DNA of 27,795 nucleotides from Anaerolineae bacterium (GTDB taxonomy: Bacteria > Chloroflexota > Anaerolineae > Caldilineales > Caldilineaceae), in contig JBBQIG010000001.1 in assembly GCA_038324715.1 (NCBI GenBank), positions 1 through 27,795 on the forward strand, in the 5' to 3' direction. Made by a program: the position numbers and the translations under genes. This document shows positions 25,422-27,795 of this stretch, in pieces. The stretch's first letter is position 1. Each line of letters starts with the position of its first letter. Below the pieces are notes generated by a model. That model saw only the letters and a program-made list of their open reading frames with translations. It was not told where the DNA came from and did not search any database.

Positions 25422-26858
25422 ATGCCCTACCAAATGTACATCAACGGCCAATGGCGCGATGGCGCTGCTGGCAAGACAGTCGATATTAAAAATCCTGCCA
25501 CGGGCGCAACCGTGGCGCAGCCCGTCTATGGTGAAGTCTCCGACGCCATCGATGCAATGGACGCCGCCGCCACCGCTTTCCCCGGCTGGAAAGCCCAAAC
25601 TGCCTATGTGCGTGGCAATCATCTAGACAAAGCAGCAGCGCTCATCCGTGAACGCGCCAAAGAAATTTCGCGCGTGCTTACCGAAGAAAACGGCAAGACT
25701 TTTGCCGAGTCAATGGCAGAGACCATCGGCTGTGCCATGTGGTTCGAATGGTTTGCCGAAGAAGGCAAGCGTGTCTATGGGCGCATGATCCCAAGTCACT
25801 TTGCAAACAAGCGCCACTGGGTCATCCACCAACCCGTGGGCGTCGTCGTCGCCGTCAACCCCTGGAATTTCCCCATCAACTTAATGTGTCGCAAATTGGC
25901 AGGAGCACTCTCCGCAGGCTGCACCATTGTCAGCCGCCCTGCCACCAAAACGCCACTCAGTTCGATGTTGCTTTATGAGTGTTTGCATGATGCAGACTTT
26001 CCTCCTGGTGTCGTTAATTTGGTCACAGGCAGCGCAGGTAAGGTCACAAACGCTATGCTGGAGCACCCCGCCTGTCGCAAACTCACCTTTACGGGCAGCA
26101 CTGAGGTCGGTAAAGAACTGATGCAGCAAGCGGGTGCACGCATCACCAAGCTTTCACTAGAGCTAGGCGGTCACGCCCCTCTGCTCGTCTTCCCCGATGT
26201 CAAGTTGGACGAAGCTGTAGAACAGAGCGTGGTGGCTAAATTCCGCAACGCAGGGCAAAGCTGCATCGCCCCCACCCGATTCTATGTCCATGAGGATATC
26301 TTTGACACCTTTGCCGAAAAAGTCACGGCGCGTGTCGCCGCCATGAAAGTGGGCAACGGCTTGACCGACGGCATGGAGATGGGGCCACTCTTTGACCAGA
26401 ACCAACTCGATGGTGTGGCTGGCTTTGTGGACGACGCCGTTGCCAAGGGAGCCAAAGTGCTCACTGGTGGCAAGCGACTTGCTGGCGGGGAGTATGACCA
26501 AGGCTATTTCTACGCACCGACGGTCTTAACCAATATCAGTCCTGATATGCGCCTCACTTGTGAAGAGGTCTTTGGCCCGATCCTGCCATTGATTCCCTTT
26601 AACGATGAGGCAGAGGTCATTGCCCAGGCAAACAACACAGAGTATGGTTTGGCAGCCTATGTGCTGGTACGTGACATCTCCACAGCCCTGCGTGTCAGCG
26701 AAGCGTTGGAATATGGCATTGTCGGTCTCAACGACGCCGTACCCACAGTGCCCCAAGCGCCCTTTGGCGGTTGGAAGGAGAGTGGGCTGAATCGGGAAGG
26801 CGGCTATGAGGGTATCCACTCCTACATGGAAGTCAAATACATCAGCGTGGGGGTCTAA
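25422..26858 (+). CDS. gabD: NAD(P)-dependent succinate-semialdehyde dehydrogenase-like aldehyde dehydrogenase
   Basis: PWNFP, FTGSTEVG, LELGGHAP, FRNAGQSCIAP (catalytic Cys), EEVFGP and PFGGWKESG. Substrate specificity is not provable from sequence. Confidence 0.85.
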   Translation: MPYQMYINGQWRDGAAGKTVDIKNPATGATVAQPVYGEVSDAIDAMDAAATAFPGWKAQTAYVRGNHLDKAAALIRERAKEISRVLTEENGKTFAESMAETIGCAMWFEWFAEEGKRVYGRMIPSHFANKRHWVIHQPVGVVVAVNPWNFPINLMCRKLAGALSAGCTIVSRPATKTPLSSMLLYECLHDADFPPGVVNLVTGSAGKVTNAMLEHPACRKLTFTGSTEVGKELMQQAGARITKLSLELGGHAPLLVFPDVKLDEAVEQSVVAKFRNAGQSCIAPTRFYVHEDIFDTFAEKVTARVAAMKVGNGLTDGMEMGPLFDQNQLDGVAGFVDDAVAKGAKVLTGGKRLAGGEYDQGYFYAPTVLTNISPDMRLTCEEVFGPILPLIPFNDEAEVIAQANNTEYGLAAYVLVRDISTALRVSEALEYGIVGLNDAVPTVPQAPFGGWKESGLNREGGYEGIHSYMEVKYISVGV

Positions 26859-26863
26859 TCCAT

Positions 26864-27795
26864 ATGCACACAGGCTCAACGCTGACTCATCTGGAGTGTG
26901 GGCGTTGTGGGGAAACCTATCCCGCTGACAAATTGATGAACCTTTGTCCGGCGTGTAGTAAACCCCTCCTCGCACGCTATGACCTCGCCCTGGCAGCACT
27001 CACAATGACGCCAGAAGCACTGCGTCAACGTCCACAAACGCTCTGGCGCTATGCCGAAGTGTTACCCGTCCAAGAAGAGTGGGCTGTGCTCAACTTGGGC
27101 GAAGGCTTTACGCCGCTGATCAAGGCCGAACGTCTTGGTGACTCAATCGGTTGCCCCCAGACATACATCAAGGATGAAGGACTCAACCCCACGGGCAGTT
27201 TTAAAGCGCGTGGGTTGAGTGTTGCCGTCAGCCGTGCCTATGAGTTGGGAGCCAAAGAGGTCGCCATACCAAGTGCTGGGAATGCAGCAGGGGCTATGAG
27301 TGCCTATGCCGCCGCCGCGGGTCTACCCGCGCATGTCTTCATGCCCGCCGATGTCCCCATGCTCTTCCGCACCGAATGTGAACAATTAGGTGCCAGCGTA
27401 AGCCTGGTCAACGGCTTGATCACAGATTGCGGTGTCAAGGTGCGCGAAGGAGTTGCCGAGCATGGCTGGTTCGATGTCAGCACCCTGCGTGAGCCTTATC
27501 GTATTGAAGGCAAGAAGACCATGGGCTATGAACTGGTTGAGCAGATGGAGTGGACGCTGCCGGATGTGATCATCTATCCCACAGGCGGCGGCACGGGTCT
27601 GGTCGGCATGTGGAAAGCCTTTGCCGAAATGGAATCAATGGGGCTGATCGGCTCCCAACGCCCGCGCATGGTCACGGTGCAAAGCGATGGCTGTGCGCCA
27701 ATGGTACGTGCCTTTCTCCAAGAAGAGGAGTTTGCCGAACCCTGGCAAGGAGCAAAGACCGTTGCCGATGGATTGCGCGTTCCTGCCGCAGTCGG
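26864..27795 (+). CDS. Threonine-synthase-family PLP enzyme with N-terminal Zn ribbon (partial; runs off the window and is absent from the ORF track)
   Basis: Hand translation: ECGRCG..LCPACSKPL, LWRYAEVLP, LGEGFTPL, KDEGLNPTGSFKARG (PLP Lys), PSAGNA, REPYRIEGKKTMG and YPTGGGTG. Starts 5 bp after the gabD-like stop. Confidence 0.9.
   Translation, partial: MHTGSTLTHLECGRCGETYPADKLMNLCPACSKPLLARYDLALAALTMTPEALRQRPQTLWRYAEVLPVQEEWAVLNLGEGFTPLIKAERLGDSIGCPQTYIKDEGLNPTGSFKARGLSVAVSRAYELGAKEVAIPSAGNAAGAMSAYAAAAGLPAHVFMPADVPMLFRTECEQLGASVSLVNGLITDCGVKVREGVAEHGWFDVSTLREPYRIEGKKTMGYELVEQMEWTLPDVIIYPTGGGTGLVGMWKAFAEMESMGLIGSQRPRMVTVQSDGCAPMVRAFLQEEEFAEPWQGAKTVADGLRVPAAV

Overview
A 27.8-kb bacterial chromosomal window with about 20 protein-coding genes and two tRNA genes. 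No integrase, transposase, CRISPR array or rRNA is visible. Gene content suggests Chloroflexota (Caldilinea/Anaerolineae-like); this is an inference. In order: a spermidine-synthase-like methyltransferase with a SEC-C tail; a secreted phosphatase-like protein with a phytase-like domain nested in a choice-of-anchor I domain, behind a PHO-box-like array; rph; tandem tRNA-Ala(GGC)/(CGC); a MalT-like LuxR, SnoaL and flavin monooxygenase module; a membrane-anchored beta-propeller protein; a CPBP protease with a two-component pair; a Pro/Thr-rich RlpA/DPBB-like protein; a creatininase-family enzyme and an aldo/keto reductase; a minus-strand operon (plsY-like, N-acyl-synthase/aminotransferase fusion, arfB, DUF6544-like); and GNAT, gabD-like and a partial thrC-like gene. 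The strongest candidate for an undescribed system is 21513..24002. There an N-acyl-serinol-synthase-like two-domain enzyme is paired with a divergent PlsY, which could make an amide-linked, serinol-based phosphatidic-acid analogue. This is a hypothesis, not a demonstrated function.
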